The notes beneath the pieces are model-generated. The model was not told the DNA's origin, made no database searches, and saw only the letters and a program-made list of their open reading frames with translations. From contig NC_043013.1 of assembly GCF_006345805.1 (NCBI RefSeq), positions 15,128,001 to 15,192,000 of the forward strand: DNA of 64,000 nt, in the 5' to 3' direction. The position numbers were made by a program, and so were the translations under genes. Positions 38,901 to 51,757 of this stretch are shown here, in pieces. Source of the DNA: Octopus sinensis (Eukaryota). Positions within the stretch are counted from its first letter, which is position 1; every line of letters begins with the position of its first letter.

Positions 38901-41900
38901 ATGGGTTGGTCTTATCATCATCATCGTTTAACGTCTGATTTCCATGCTAGCACGGGTTGGACGATTTTGACTGAGGGCTGGCAAACCAGATGGCTGCACC
39001 AGGCTCTAATCTTGATCTGGCAGAGTTTCTACAGCTGGATGTCCTTCCTAACTCCAAGATTGTAGTGGGTGCTTTTTACATGCCACCGGAACGGGGTCCA
39101 GTCGGGTGGTACTGGCAATGACCTTGCTCGAATCTTTTTACACGTGCCATCAGCACAGGTGCCAGTGAAGCGACGTTGGTAACGATCACGCTCGAATAGT
39201 GCCCTTTTACATGCCACGGGTACGGAAGCCAGTTGGCTGCTCTGGCAACGATCACGCTCGGATGGTGCTCTTGGCACCCTACTAGCACAGGCATAAGTGC
39301 CAGTAAGGCAACGCTGGTAACGATCATACTCGAATAGCTGCTCTGTCAACGATCAGCGGCTCTGGTTTGGAATACTCTTAACCAAACATAGGCCTTCTCA
39401 AAATCGGCAAATCATCATCTGGAACTAAATTAAATTACAAAAATTCAGTTGGCTGGTGTGTTGGGCAGTCGTAAGCCACAATTAATATATTTCTTTAATT
39501 TGTTTCAGTTTTTGGACTATACCATCCTGGGGTACTTCTTTCATTTCTTTCTCTTTATCTCTCTCTCTCTCTCTCTCTCTCTGTAAACCTTCATTTTTAG
39601 TGCATGGTTCTTTCTACAACTCTCACTCTCTCTCACCCCACCCGCCACCCCCAACAAGCCAACCTCTATGTGTGCTCTCACCTTGCAAGAAATAGCAGCC
39701 AAATCTTCTTGAAATCATAGCCTGTTTTAAGAGAAGATGAACGCTTTAGTTAATGTAACCCTGAATATATACACCACGTGTGTAATGTTTGAATAATGAT
39801 AATAAAAAAAAATAGGATGGTCACAGCTGGAAGTGTCTTTGATCCTAAGTCTCTCTTCCTGCTCTATCTGGGCTCACTTGGGGGTTAAACAGCAGCAACA
39901 ACTCTACAGTCTCTGCAAAATGAAACTGTGGAACAGATTGCTAAGACTGTTTGATTTGGAGCAACATTGAAAAATGACGTATAATAATCTATGATGAGGA
40001 AGAGTAGGAGAAGGGATGATGATGAGGAGAAGTGGTGGTGATGATGCTGGGTGATGGGTGGTGCTATATATCAGGTATGCATGTAGTGGAGAGCTGGCAG
40101 AAACGTTAGCACGCCAGGCGAAATGCTTAGCGGTATTTCGTCTGCCGTTGCGTTCTGAGTTCAAATTCCGTCGAGGTCAACTTTGCCTTTCATCCTTTCG
40201 GGGTTGATTAAATAAGTAACAGTTACGCACTGGGGTCAATATCATCATCATCGTTTAGCGTCCGTTTTCCATGCTAGCATGGGTTGGATATAATCGACTT
40301 AATCTGTTTGTTTGTCCTCTCTGTGTTTAGCCCCTTGTGGGTAGTAAAGAAATAGGCATGCATGTAGTGGGAGCTACTCTACTGGACTTTGTCATGTGTT
40401 CCTTTTCTTTGTTTTCTGTAGATGGAATGGATTTGAGTGAGGAGAAACCAGAATGTGATCTCATTAGCAACGACAGTCCGAAGAACAAAGGCTGCAAACA
40501 GAAACGAAAACGCAACAGCAGCTCCGAAGCCAAGGAACCGAGCCGACCAATTAAACAGCGGAAGTTGGAACCGTTGTGTGGGGAAAACACCGATGAAGCA
40601 AACATCAAGTTCGAAGGTCAAGCAGAAGAAGGTGCCAAGTCAGAAGACGAAGATCGAGGTTCTGGTAGTTGGAAGAAGAAGAAAAAGAAGAAACGACATC
40701 GGTCGGATAGTTTCAGCAAACTTTCCAATGATGTTTTTCCTGAGAAGTGTAAGCTCCAACGTCGGTCTAGCAGCAACTCAAAACTAAGTGATATCGAACC
40801 GGCTGATAGACTGGCTCAAAAATCAGAGACTGATTTAAAATCATCGAACGAACAGGAATCAGGTGAGACCGCGACACAGGAAAAAAAGACTCCTCATGAA
40901 ACTGAATCACGGTTAGAAAACTTATCTGCAGACGAAGGAATCGATTCTGCTGCTAAAGATGCTAAAAGGTCTAAAAGGAAACGGAAAAAAGACAGCGTGG
41001 ATAGTACAACTAGTAGTGATCTGGAGAATGTGCCAAAACGTATAAAATATGACATAACTGAAGAAAACAATATGCAACGGGATCATTCTCAAGATTGTAA
41101 TAAGAAACGGCGCCATAAGAATCGTAAGCGATCCAAACCACTTCCACACTTGCGGGTCATCTCCAAGTGAGTTGTAGTTCTTTGTTTTTATTTCTTTCTT
41201 TTTTGTATCATGCATCTTCCTGATAGACATTGGTGCAATTATGTTTTTTTTTTTCTCTATACCTCTAATACTGATCATCTCTGAATCTTATCAACTGAGC
41301 TGAAAAACTTTTTGTAGAGGAGATCTGAATAAGACAGAAACATGTCTTATTTTCATCAGTTTGCTTTACTGACCAGATCTACTTTTGATTGCAATGTGGC
41401 TATTTGCCCAGAATTTTGGATTAGATCAGTAGTACTCAACCATTTTTTATCTGTGGACCCCTTTGATTATTGTTCTACTCTTGTGGATCCCTACAGCCAT
41501 TCGATGTTTAAAAACTAGTTTTATAGATACTTCTTTCAAAATTCCTGTTTTGTTTATCACATATTCATTTGTGTTGATAGAACTATTTAAAATGTCAGAA
41601 AAAGAAACCTAGCTTTTATTTGCAATAAATACATCTAAAACAAGATTTTTTCATGGATCCATAAAATACTATTGTGAACCCAATTTAATATTTTTCTTGT
41701 GTGGACCCATGAAAATCTTATATGGATCACAAGGGATCATATGGACCCCAGTGAGAACCACTAAATTAGCTGATTATAGTTTGTTTTATAAAGTCATTTC
41801 ACCTTGTTTTGAGATTTCAGATTTCAAATTGTCTTCTAATTGTAAGAATAATCTCACTTATTTGAAGCTTTTCAACTCCCTCTATTACATATGTGAAATT

Positions 41901-44900
41901 CTACTTCAAACATGCATACATATATATCTATATAGAGAGAATTGTTGTATAACCTTTAAAAGCTATATCCACATAAATTTAAAGCTTAGTTAATAACAGG
42001 TCATTAAATTCCAATACGTTATTACAATGCACCAAATCTAGATGGAACCAGCTTGTGTGTATGAGAGGACACTGAAAAGTTCCTGCACTTATTGGTAGTT
42101 GTGTTAAGGTAACTTTGTTGACTCAGTTGATGTTTTTGTTGTTCCATCTCAGGAAGGAATGGTTAGAGTACAAAAGTGAATACCTTGCCAGACAGCGGTC
42201 CAATATGTCCAGGATGAAGCAGAAGCTCATTGAGATGAACAAGAGTCAAGGTATGTTACAACCATAATGAAACACTATTCTATTCAGTCATATTATATAT
42301 GTCTATATTATCCCTTTATACATAACACACACACACTGGACTTCTGCCTTCTATGTTATCCAATGTCCATTTTCTCAAGACATTGACATGAAAAGAGCAT
42401 CCAGTTCATGCTGTAAAGTGGTTGTCATTCAGATAGGAATCCAGTCATAGAAACCAGACCACCAAACTGTCAACTGCCTAGTCTGCCTTGTAAGCAGGCA
42501 CCACAGTGTGATGTCCATGACCAAGACACCAAACCGTCAAAAATCCAGTCTACTTAATTGTAAGCAGGTACCACAGTGTGATGTAGTTCACTGTACTGTG
42601 TCCATGACCAAGACACCAAACCGTCAACAATCCAGTCTACTTAACTGTAAGTAGATACCACAGTGTGGTGTATTCACTGTACTGTGTCCATGGCCAAGAC
42701 ACTGAAGACCTTGAACTGTCAACAATCCAGTTTCTCTGGCTGTAGATTGGATTGTTAACTTAGTATTGTAAAACATGCATTAAAATGACGATAACGATAT
42801 CTTAGAAATATATCTTCAAACCAGACTACTGAATTTTAGCACTATTGAAGTTTTCTATATTTTTTCTATTTCTTTCTTTTCTTTTTTTTTTTTCTTTCAT
42901 ATATATTTCCAGAATGTAAAATTCCTGAAAATTCTTCTGAAGACAAATACAAGTTTATTCCAAATGTGATTGTAAACATTAAGTCCGAGACAGTATTAAA
43001 CGTGAAGGAATTAAAAGTATGTTTTTGGCAATTACCATGTTTATTTGGTGGTGATACTTGTTCTTGTTGCTGGTGTTTGTTTGTTTGTTTGTTGAGCGAA
43101 GCGGTCTTCATCCCATTAGTGGGAGAAGTCCGTAAGGTGGTCCTTTGCTATTTGTAAGACCCGCAGAAGAGAAAGCAGGTCAACCCCCGACATCGAGAGC
43201 ATCGACGGATGGATGAATGCGCATCTAGGCTCAGCGGTTGCGTAGGAAGTCAGGGACAAGAAACAGGAAGAAAAAGTGAGAGAAAGTTGGAGCGAAAGAG
43301 TACAACAGGGGTCGCCACCACCCCCTGCCAGAGCCTCGTGGAGCTTTAGGTGTTTTCGCTCAATAAACACGCACAATGCCCGGTCTGAGAATCGAAACTG
43401 CGATCCTCCGACCACGAGTCCACTGCCCTAACCATTGGGCCATTGCGCCTCCACTATTGCTGGTGTTGCTACAACAGCAGAAGCAACATATTTTGTCTTA
43501 GCATGCAGCTGACAGTGGCTACTTGCTACTGAAGAAGCGCAACAAGACAAATGCACATCTAGCATTCTTACTGTTACTGCTGGAAGATTTTCATTTCTTA
43601 CAAATATATTTTTGTGTTTTTAAACATAAGAGATATTGTCTCTGCACAAATTTCCACTGTTAAATTGGTTTTTCACAATGTATCTACAATATGTATGATA
43701 CATAGATATCAGTTTTAATCTAATATTGCTTCCATTACACAAAGCAAACTTTCATTCAGCTGAGCTGCTATTTACAACATCATGGATTTTTAAATCACTC
43801 AGAATTGCTGAAGCATCGAATAAACTACCCACTACATCCTTGAAAACTTCCATGCTTCCGGAAATTCACCAACACTACACATTAGAGTGGAGTGAAAATT
43901 AAAAAAATTGTGGAAGTTGAAAATGACCAAGGGCTAAAATGTTGCTATATTTGATTACTAGAAAAATGCTAAATTTTTGCTGAGATCAGTCAAGAGCATT
44001 TATTCCTTCAAGCCCCTTAAATTCAGAAAATGATGGATTTTTGTAAATTTTTTACAATAGTGGAGTTTGGGAGTTTGAGGATTAAAGTCAAACAACTGAC
44101 AAGCAAATTTGTGGTATCAAGCAGAATATTTGCTGTAGCCCATATTATTATTATTATCATTCAGTAGTGATGGATTTTGACTTAGCTCGTGCCTGACAGT
44201 GGGTACATGTTATTGACAAAACCCAACAAGGAACAGATGTACATTTAGCATTCTCACCATTGCAGCTGGTCAATTCTACTATTGATATATTTTTTGTGTC
44301 TTTAACCCTTTCGTTACCAACCCGGCCAAAACCGGCTCTGGCTCTGTAGTACAAATGTCTTGTTTTCATGAGCTTTGAATTAAAATCTTCCACCAAACCT
44401 TAGTCACAATTTATGTTCCTAACACTAGCTTAACGATAACCAAGTTATTTTACTGAATTCTTTGTTATATTTAAAATAATTGAAGGAAACACACAGCATC
44501 TCAAAATAAATACAGTAACGAAAGGGTTAAACATTAGAGATATTATCTCTACAAATATCACAGTTAATTTGCTTTTTCAGAATGTGTCTGCAATATGTAT
44601 GATACTCAGATGGCTATTTTAATCTAATACAGCTTCTTTCTACGTAACAAATTTATAACTCTGTTTGTGTGTGTGTGTTGACTGTATGACAAAGGCGAGT
44701 GTATTTAAAGCGATGTAACCTACAGTCAGTAAAACTGTTGTTGTTTTAACAGGGAAAATTCACACCACTTGGTGACATTGCATACATAGATCTGAAAGAA
44801 GTTGATACGCAGGCCTTTGTGCGTTGTAAAAATGAAGCAAGTGCACAGAAAATATGCAATACCAAATTTGAGACATTAAGTGTTTCACTTCTTGAAGGTA

Positions 44901-47900
44901 AACAGAAAAATAATTTATTTGTTGTGAATTCAAAACGGTTTTATTTTAAATTCTTAAACTGGTTCCACTGTTGTTTAGCCCCTGGTCTGTCCTGGCCAAA
45001 GGGGGCCACACCGTGATCATCCTATCTTTTTTTATCTTAATATTGTCTATCTAGGAGTATGTTTTTTAATGCATCCTTCTTCAGTATTGATTAGTCCCAA
45101 GTTAGCCCTAATCTTGCTGACCACTGTCCAAAGAAGTCCCCCTGTGAATGTGCATGGTGCAGTGAGAATGTCAGGCTCACAATCATGAGGTAGTGAGTTC
45201 AATTCCTGGACAGGGTTGTGTGTTGTGTTCTTGAGCAAGACACTTTATTTTCACGTTTGCTCCAGTTCACTCAGCTGTAGAAATGAATTGTGATGCCAAG
45301 CTGTATCGGCCCCTTTGCCTTTCCCTTGGATAAAGTCAGTGGTGTGGAGAGGGGAGACTGGTATGCATGGGTCACTGCTGGTCTTCCACAAACAACCTTG
45401 CCCGGACTTGTACCTTGGAAGGTAACTCTCTAGGTGCAGACCCATGGTCATTCATGACCAAAGGGGGCCTTTACTCTTTACTCTAGCCCTAATCTTGCAG
45501 ACCAGTGTTCAAAGATGTCCCTGTTTTGAACATTGTATATCTAGGACTATGTCACTTAATGCATCCTTTAGTTTTGATTAGGTCCAGGTTTGCTCAGATC
45601 TTGCGGACCAATGTTCAAAGAGTCACTATTGGGAACATCCTGTCTTTTAGTTAGATGTACATGTAAGAAGACTACAATACTTAAATATGTGCTTTAGTGT
45701 TGATTTGCTTCAAGTCAGCCCTGATCTTGCAGATCTTTATTCAAAGATGTCTCTAATGTAAACATCCTACTTTTTGTTCACATATAAGCACGGATTTACA
45801 TATATTCTATTCTAGTACTGATTCTGTTGCATATAATAGAATTATATTCAGTCAATTGGCTCTCTACGACAGTCGTGATTGTTCCTTCATTGTTTTCCAA
45901 TACAGGTGACAGATTTTGTCTTAGCATGTGGTTGGCTACAAGTACATGCTACTGACAATAAATGCATCTAGTGTTCCCACTACTGCTGCCAAACAATTTT
46001 TATTTGCCTCCAAAGAACAAAGAAAGTCCATAAGAGAGATTATCTCCAGAAGAATGCTCCCATAAATTTGATAAGCAGATGACTAATTTTATCTAATCTG
46101 AAACTGCTTCTGTTGCATATAACAGATATATATATATATATATATATATCATATCATTGTTTAACATCCATCTTCCATGCATGCATGGGTAGGATGTATA
46201 TATGTATATATAAATATATGTAAACAATGTGGTATTCAACTGACATCGCAGTGAATTGGATGTTTTACACACCTCTTTGAAGAGATTTCTTTCCTTTGTT
46301 TATTACATTGATATATATATATATATATTGCTGTAACTATGATTGGATGCGCTCACCGTGCAGGTTTCAGCTCTAACATTAAACGTTAAACTCTCGCCAT
46401 TGGTTGTACACACAAGTTGTCCATATGTGAAGGTGGGCTTTGACATAATATAAGGAGCACATCAATAATAAGAATGAAGAACATGGGCATAACTTGCATC
46501 TGTAGTGTGATGTCATGTGTTGCCAAATACTGAAACATATGTAACAGTTGGAGTAAAGAAGTACCAAGTTATCCCCATATTCTTTTCTCATATATATACA
46601 TATATATACATGTGTACATACAGATAGATATATTATACACATATACGTACATACAAACACACACATACACATATATACATATATGAATATATATACACAC
46701 ATGCATACATATACCCTTGCACATCTATATATATACACACACACGCATATACAGAGTGATCAAAGACCACATCGAACATGCTGCAGACTCTCTCTGTCTT
46801 TTCTCTTGTCTCTGCTACAATAAACTCATCTCCTATTCATCTTTATTGTTCAGGTGAAGATGAGAAGTGCTACTGGGACAAACTCAAGGCAGACAGAGAG
46901 AGTAAGATCAACTCGAAACATCGTGTGAAGAAAAGAGGAACACTCAAGGTTTGTTTAAAATCTAGGGACAGTTTTATTTTCACCATTTTTTAAAAAACTT
47001 ATTTAGATGGAACCTTGATATTTCTACATTGAAGTAAGTATATTCATTTTTAGAAGATGCAAAATAAAATTGTGTTGCTATTTCTGTAAGAAAGAAATAT
47101 CTGAATTTTGAATAGATATGACAATATGTGCATCATCATCATCTTAATATCCTCTTTTACCATGCTTGTATAGGATGGATGAAGTTTATTGAGGGAAATT
47201 TTCTGTGGTTAGATATCCTACCTCTTGCCAACACTTATCTGTTCTTGAGCAGAATAGTGTAGATGAGTGTCAATATTTCCCACTGTGGAACTGACAGAAT
47301 TGTTACCATGTGAAGCAAAATGCTTAGCAGTATTTCGTCTCTCTCCATGTTCTGAGTTCAAATTCTGCCAATGTCGACTTTGTCTTTCATCCTTTCAAGG
47401 TTGATAAAATAAATACCATTTGAGCACTGGGGTCATTGAATCATCTTTTCCTTGATCTTGCTGTCCTTGTAATAAAATTGGAAACAATATTACCTTGTTT
47501 GGAAATAGGTTTGGAAACAGGAAGTGCTTCCAGCCATCGAAAATCTGCCTTAATAATCTCCATCTGATCTATGTAAGCTTGGGAAAGTGGACATTAAAGC
47601 AGTGAGGATGAGGATGTTGATGATATATATATACTTGAAGAGGCCACCCATGACTTCTCTTTTGAAAAACAGCAGTTAGGTGATAAATTAACTCATTGCT
47701 GTTATAACAGATTAAGGTAATGAATCTTTGAGAGAGATCTGGTTGTTACATCCAGCCAATATTCCTGAACTAGAAGGCACATTATGTCCTTGAGTAAGGT
47801 ATGTCATTTCATGTTTGGTCCAATCTAAACAAATGTGATGAGTACGTGTGATGTTCTGCAAGTTCAAGGATAGGAAGGGCCACGAGCATGTCCATGTCCA

Positions 47901-49720
47901 TTTGCAACTACACAGCAACCTAAAACAAGTACTGAAAGCATGGCACATGATGCCTAGTTGTACTTACTTGCAAGTGACAGCTATTATATATGGTGGTAAT
48001 TTTCATTGATCAGTTAGTGTCATCTGTTCTCAGTAGGTTGGATATCTAGGATCTCCATCTAAGATCCATAATTTACTACAAGTGCAATTATGTACATTAT
48101 GGGATCCCAATCCCTTTCACGGATGCTGGCTACAAGTCTGCATTTTGTCAAAAGAATGTTCTAGATATGCCACATGTCTGAGTCGTGCCTTCTGAGCAAT
48201 TGACTATATTGGGTTCTGCCTCATCTACCATTTCAGTCTCTCTGCACTTAAGGGGTCATTGTTGATACCCACTACAGACTGAGATTGTTTAGATGCTTGA
48301 GTGGAGGCATGTCGGTGTATGCTGCATCCAAGAGGTAAGGTGGAAAGGAGCTTCAGCCAGGTTCTTCACAGCTAAAACACATAGGTATAAAATCTTCTGG
48401 GAAGGTAACAGTGGCAGGGTAGGTGGTGTGGGCATACTTCTTTCTGAGAAATGGGTGGATAAGCTGAAGCAAGGTACTGTAGTGTGGCCATCAGTGTACA
48501 CTACAAATTTATGGAAGGCATAAATGAGAGCTGAGTTCGTGTCTGAAAATGTACAGCTCACAAGTTTACAAAAGTATTACTCTTTACACAATACACCAAA
48601 CATCACAGGAATTCTAAGTACCAGTTATATATTGAGGTTCATTCAGCTGAAAGTAGCTCCTTGTCTATTAAACATGACTATGTCTATTATCCATTTAGCA
48701 CAGTGGTTCTCAACTGGAGTCCATATAAGATTTTTGGAGATCCATGCAACAAAATAGTGATTTGGAGATCCATAATAGCACTATGAGAGCCCCTGAAAAA
48801 ATATTGCTTTAGGTGTATGTATTGGTATATATGGCAAGAAACAGCTAGGTTTCTTTCTCTAACATTTTACATAGAACAGGGTGGTCCGAAAGTCTTGTCA
48901 CCCCCTACTGAAAATTAATAAGAAGAATAGAGGAACAATATAATAGTATCAAACACATGTACTGGTTTTAGTATATCCACATTCATTAACACTGACTCTG
49001 TCACACATCGAGGTCTGTATAAACACCATCATTTTTGTAAAATATCACACGGGACATGGCACCGTATCATTTTGTGCCACGAAAATGATGGTGTTCATAC
49101 AGACCTTCTCGATGTGTGACAGTGTCAGTGTCAATGAAAGTCAATATACTAAAACCAGTATGTGTTTGATATTATTATATTGTTCTTATTACATTTCAGT
49201 GGGGGGTGACAAAACTTTCGGACCATCCTGTATAATGTACATAAGTTAATGTGCAAAAAAAAAAAAAGCAATTTTGAAAGACGTTTTTATAAAACTAGTT
49301 TTTAAACATTGGATAGCTATGGGGGTCCACCAAAATAAAATAGTAATCAAAGGGGTCCATAGATAAAAAAGGATTGAGAACCCCTGCTATAGCATTTAAA
49401 CCAGACATATCCAGCCCAAATATTTAACTTGTTTTATGTTCAAACTGGCCAAATTCAGCCTCTCACACCTTCCTGACAATGTCATTCTAAAAATAATCGC
49501 ATCATTGAAATTTCAGAACTACAAGATAATGCATGATTAATTCAAAACAATATTATTAAATAAGCATTACTTTTGACAGTCTGAATGCTAAAGGGTTAAA
49601 TATGACTGCTAGACACAGAGGAAATTTGTAATTTTATGTAATGTCTTCTCTTTGTTTCAGCTACTTGACAAGATGGAGAAAATCAACACCCAAAACACCA
49701 AAACATATTTTGATGATTGA
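29901..49720 (+). CDS. LARP7: La-related protein 7 (7SK snRNP / U6 chaperone), spliced, 616 aa from this ATG
   Basis: Exons 29901-29978, 31528-31606, 33255-33355, 35060-35140, 36538-36702, 38090-38189, 40422-41166, 42153-42250, 42913-43016, 44753-44897, 46854-46948 and 49661-49720 sum to 1851 nt with consistent phases. Contains a La motif (EQMEFYFSNSNLHKDRF), RRM1 (ERTVYVE...FAFVEF), LRVISKKEW, a C-terminal xRRM (YIDL...YWDKL...KKRG) and a TGA stop. Confidence 0.95.
30441..31290 (-). mobile_element. Decayed Tc1/mariner relic (TIR-like end CAGGGTGAGCC) interrupted by a Helitron-like element
   Basis: SHSPDLTSPTFFLLGYPKGKVYVNKPETLE at 31095-31283 resembles the transposase motif RSPDL.P.DFFLWG.LK.KVY. 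Confidence 0.65.
30546..30922 (-). mobile_element. Non-autonomous Helitron/Helentron-like element
   Basis: Starts ACTAGC with a 41-nt palindrome (30882-30922) and ends (CA)n...TTTATATATACAGAGAT. No TSD seen. Class assignment is by resemblance only. Confidence 0.55.
31528..31606 (+). CDS. LARP7: LARP7 exon (La motif)
   Basis: ttcag|ATG GAG TTT TAC TTC ... GGA T|gtaagt. Confidence 0.95.
33255..33355 (+). CDS. LARP7: LARP7 exon (La motif)
   Basis: tttcag|AT ATT ... CTG CAG|gtgaga. Reads YIDLSLFLTFNRIK. Confidence 0.93.
33973..34219 (-). pseudogene. Displaced copy of DHHC-gene exon 2 inside LARP7 intron
   Basis: Collinear with 14587-14833 with no indels and 17 substitutions in 247 nt. Flanking intron sequence (about 33922-33958 and 34220-34227) is also copied. 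Confidence 0.9.
34283..34861 (+). mobile_element. Second copy of the Helitron-like element plus captured flank plus duplicated terminus
   Basis: 34283-34803 is an inverted near-identical copy of 30406-30922; 34804-34861 repeats the terminal module. Confidence 0.75.
35060..35140 (+). CDS. LARP7: LARP7 exon
   Basis: ctccag|TTA ... TAT GTG|gtgagg. Reads LSEDQNSVRRVTP...DERTVYV. Confidence 0.93.
36538..36702 (+). CDS. LARP7: LARP7 exon (RRM1)
   Basis: ttttcag|GAA ... TGT AAA|gtgagt. Reads YVSLPRYKSTGDLKQFAFVEF. Confidence 0.95.
38090..38189 (+). CDS. LARP7: LARP7 exon
   Basis: ttgcag|GAA ... GAA G|gtaagc. Reads LNQPPIETTSKPGKFPK. Confidence 0.92.
38252..38600 (-). mobile_element. SINE family A
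   Basis: Full-length reverse copy. Confidence 0.85.
40422..41166 (+). CDS. LARP7: LARP7 large linker exon (K/R/S/E-rich)
   Basis: ttctgtag|AT GGA ... TCC AA|gtgagt. Ends with PLPHLRVISK. Confidence 0.92.
41430..41763 (+). mobile_element. hAT-type MITE
   Basis: Ends cagtagtactcaacc ... gtgagaaccact. Inverted homologue of 48701-49386; partial copy near 37105. Confidence 0.6.
42153..42250 (+). CDS. LARP7: LARP7 exon
   Basis: tctcag|G AAG GAA TGG ... CAA G|gtatgt. Reads KEWLEYKSEYLARQR. Confidence 0.93.
42470..42735. repeat. Three degenerate tandem copies of a unit of about 70-87 bp
   Basis: Recurring gtaagcagg.accacagtgtg...gtccatgaccaagacacc...gtcaacaatccagt. Confidence 0.75.
42913..43016 (+). 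CDS. LARP7: LARP7 exon (xRRM start)
   Basis: ttccag|AA TGT ... TTA AAA|gtatgt. Reads FIPNVIVNI. Confidence 0.88.
43075..43452 (-). mobile_element. SINE family B
   Basis: Same tail as 1660-2012. Confidence 0.85.
44306..44526. mobile_element. piggyBac-type MITE
   Basis: TTAA|CCCTTTCGTTAC ... GTAACGAAAGGG|TTAA. Related copies at 36818-37028, about 54420-54640 and about 6520-6735. Confidence 0.85.
44753..44897 (+). CDS. LARP7: LARP7 exon (xRRM)
   Basis: ttaacag|GGA ... GAA G|gtaaac. Reads GDIAYIDLKEVDTQAFVRC. Confidence 0.9.
46854..46948 (+). CDS. LARP7: LARP7 exon (xRRM helix 3)
   Basis: gttcag|GT GAA ... CTC AAG|gtttgt. Reads EDEKCYWDKLKADRESK...KKRGTLK. Confidence 0.92.
48290..48475 (+). 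mobile_element. RTE AP-endonuclease fragment
   Basis: VGVCCIQEVRWKGASAR...YKIFWEGNSGRVGGVGILLSEKWVDK. Confidence 0.75.
48701..49386 (-). mobile_element. hAT-type MITE with a nested mariner-type fold-back MITE (48877-49230)
   Basis: Outer ends CAGTGGTTCTCAAC / TTGAGAACCCCTG with imperfect 8-bp TSD atttagca/ctatagca. Inner ends CAGGGTGGTCCGAAAGT...ACTTTCGGACCATCCTG. Confidence 0.75.
49661..49720 (+). CDS. LARP7: LARP7 terminal coding exon
   Basis: ttgtttcag|CTA ... GAT GAT TGA. Reads LLDKMEKINTQNTKTYFDD*. An AATAAA follows at 49774-49779. Confidence 0.88.
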   Translation, partial: LLDKMEKINTQNTKTYFDD

Positions 49721-51354
49721 GTAGAATTTCTACAACTTTCTCTCCTGAAAAATCAATACAAATTCATTTTTGAAATAAATATTTAAAAAATTTAAGTACT
49801 TTTTTTTTCTTTTTTTTTTTCCATCTTTTCATTTTTCTGTTTAACTAACCTGATACAAAATTTTAATTGGAAAATACAAATATGAAGGCACAAATGTGGC
49901 TTGGTGGTTAAAAAGTTCACTATTCAATCATATGGTCTCAGGTTCAGTCCTATTGCATGTCACCATGGGCAAGTGTCTTCTATTATAACACTGGGTGACC
50001 CAAAACTTTACAAGTGAACTTTATAAATGGAAACTGAAAGAAGCCTATCGTTTATGTATCATCGTCATTTAACGTCCGCTTTCCATGCTAGCATGGGTTG
50101 GACGGTTTGACTGGGTTGGCGAACCAGGGTCCAGTCTTGATCTGGCAGTTTCTACAGCTGGATGCCCTTCCTAACGCCAACCACTCCAAGAGTGTAGTGG
50201 GTGCTTTTATGTGCCACCGGCACAGGGTCCAGTCAGGCGGTGCTGGCAACGACCTCGCTCGAATTTTTTTACACATGATATATGTATGTATAAATCAAAT
50301 TTGATGAAATTGAAATCAAATTCAATGACTGGCATCTGTGCTAGTGGAACACTAAGAGCACCATCCGAGCATGATCGTTACCAGAGCAGCTAACTGGCCT
50401 CCATGCCAGTGGCTCGTAAAAGGCACCATTGAAGCATGATCATTATCAGTGTTACCTTACTGGCACGTGAAAAAAACATTCAAGTGAGGTTGTTGCCAGT
50501 ACTGCTGGACTGGCTCCTATGCAGGTGGCACGTAAAAAACACCATTCAAGCGAGGTCATTGCCAGTACTGTCTGAGTGGCACGTAAAAGCACCCACTACA
50601 CTCTCGGAGTGGTTGGTATTAGGAAGGGCATCCAGCTGTAGAAACTACCAGGTGAGGATTGGAGCCTGGTGCAGCCATCTGGTTTGCCAGTCCTCAGTCA
50701 AATCGTCCAACCCATGCCAGCATGAAAAGTGGATGTTAAATGATGATGATGATGATATATATATATCTTTTGGGTGTATATTACTATCTTCTTAGGTTGA
50801 ATAACAACTAGTTTTGGTATAAGCACATCACAGCTTACTCTAGTTTATTGATGAAGACAATATCCATTTTAATTTCCTTTACATTATTAAATATGAAATC
50901 AAATTGGAGAAATAGACTTAATGTCATATGACATGCATGTAACTCTGTCAGTAACTAAATACACAGATTCTGTTTTGATTCAGAAAAACAGGTGGGAAAA
51001 TCTCATTAGATTAGTAAGAACAAGTTTTATAGTATATTTCTACTGTTTCTAGTGCCAACCACTTTACAGAGTGTACTGGATGCTTTTAAGCAGCACCAGC
51101 ATGGGTGCTTTTTATGTGGCACTAGCACTTATGAGTCTGCAAAATTAGGGATATTCAGCTGGAGAGGATTACCAGGGATGAGCCTGTATGCAAGGGTAAC
51201 CATGCTTTTACTCAGCTTGACGTGTTTTTCAAGCACAGGAAACTGCCAGGAGTGTTGGTCCCCTCTCTGTATCCCAACATTTGTAGATCCTTTCTCATCA
51301 CTTCGTTCGAGTATATATGAGTGTGCTTGTGTCTAAGGACATCATATGATTCTT

Positions 51355-51757
51355 TCTTTTACTTGTTTCAGTCATTTGACTGTGGCCATGCTTTAGCAAC
51401 GCCTTTAGTTGAGCAACTCGACCCCGAGACTTATTCTTTTGTAAGCCCAGTACGTATTCAATCGGTCTCTTTTTGTCGAACCGCTAAGTGATGGGGACGT
51501 AAACACACCAGCATCGGTTATCAAGCAATGCTAGGGGGACAAACACACAAACATATACACACACATATATATGTATATATATATACATACATATATACGA
51601 CAGGCTTCTTTCAGTTTCCGTCTACCAAATCCATTCACAAGGCATTGGTCGGCCCGAGGCTATAGCAGAAGACACTTGCCCAAGATGACATGCAGTGGGA
51701 CTGAACCTGGAACCATGTGGTTGGTAAGCAAGCTACTTTCCACACAGCCACTCCTGT
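51355..51757 (-). mobile_element. SINE family A
   Basis: Full-length reverse copy. Confidence 0.85.

Noticed and set aside
40327-41278. Antisense and alternative-frame ORFs over LARP7's large exon
   Set aside because: Shadows of the coding exon with no independent support.
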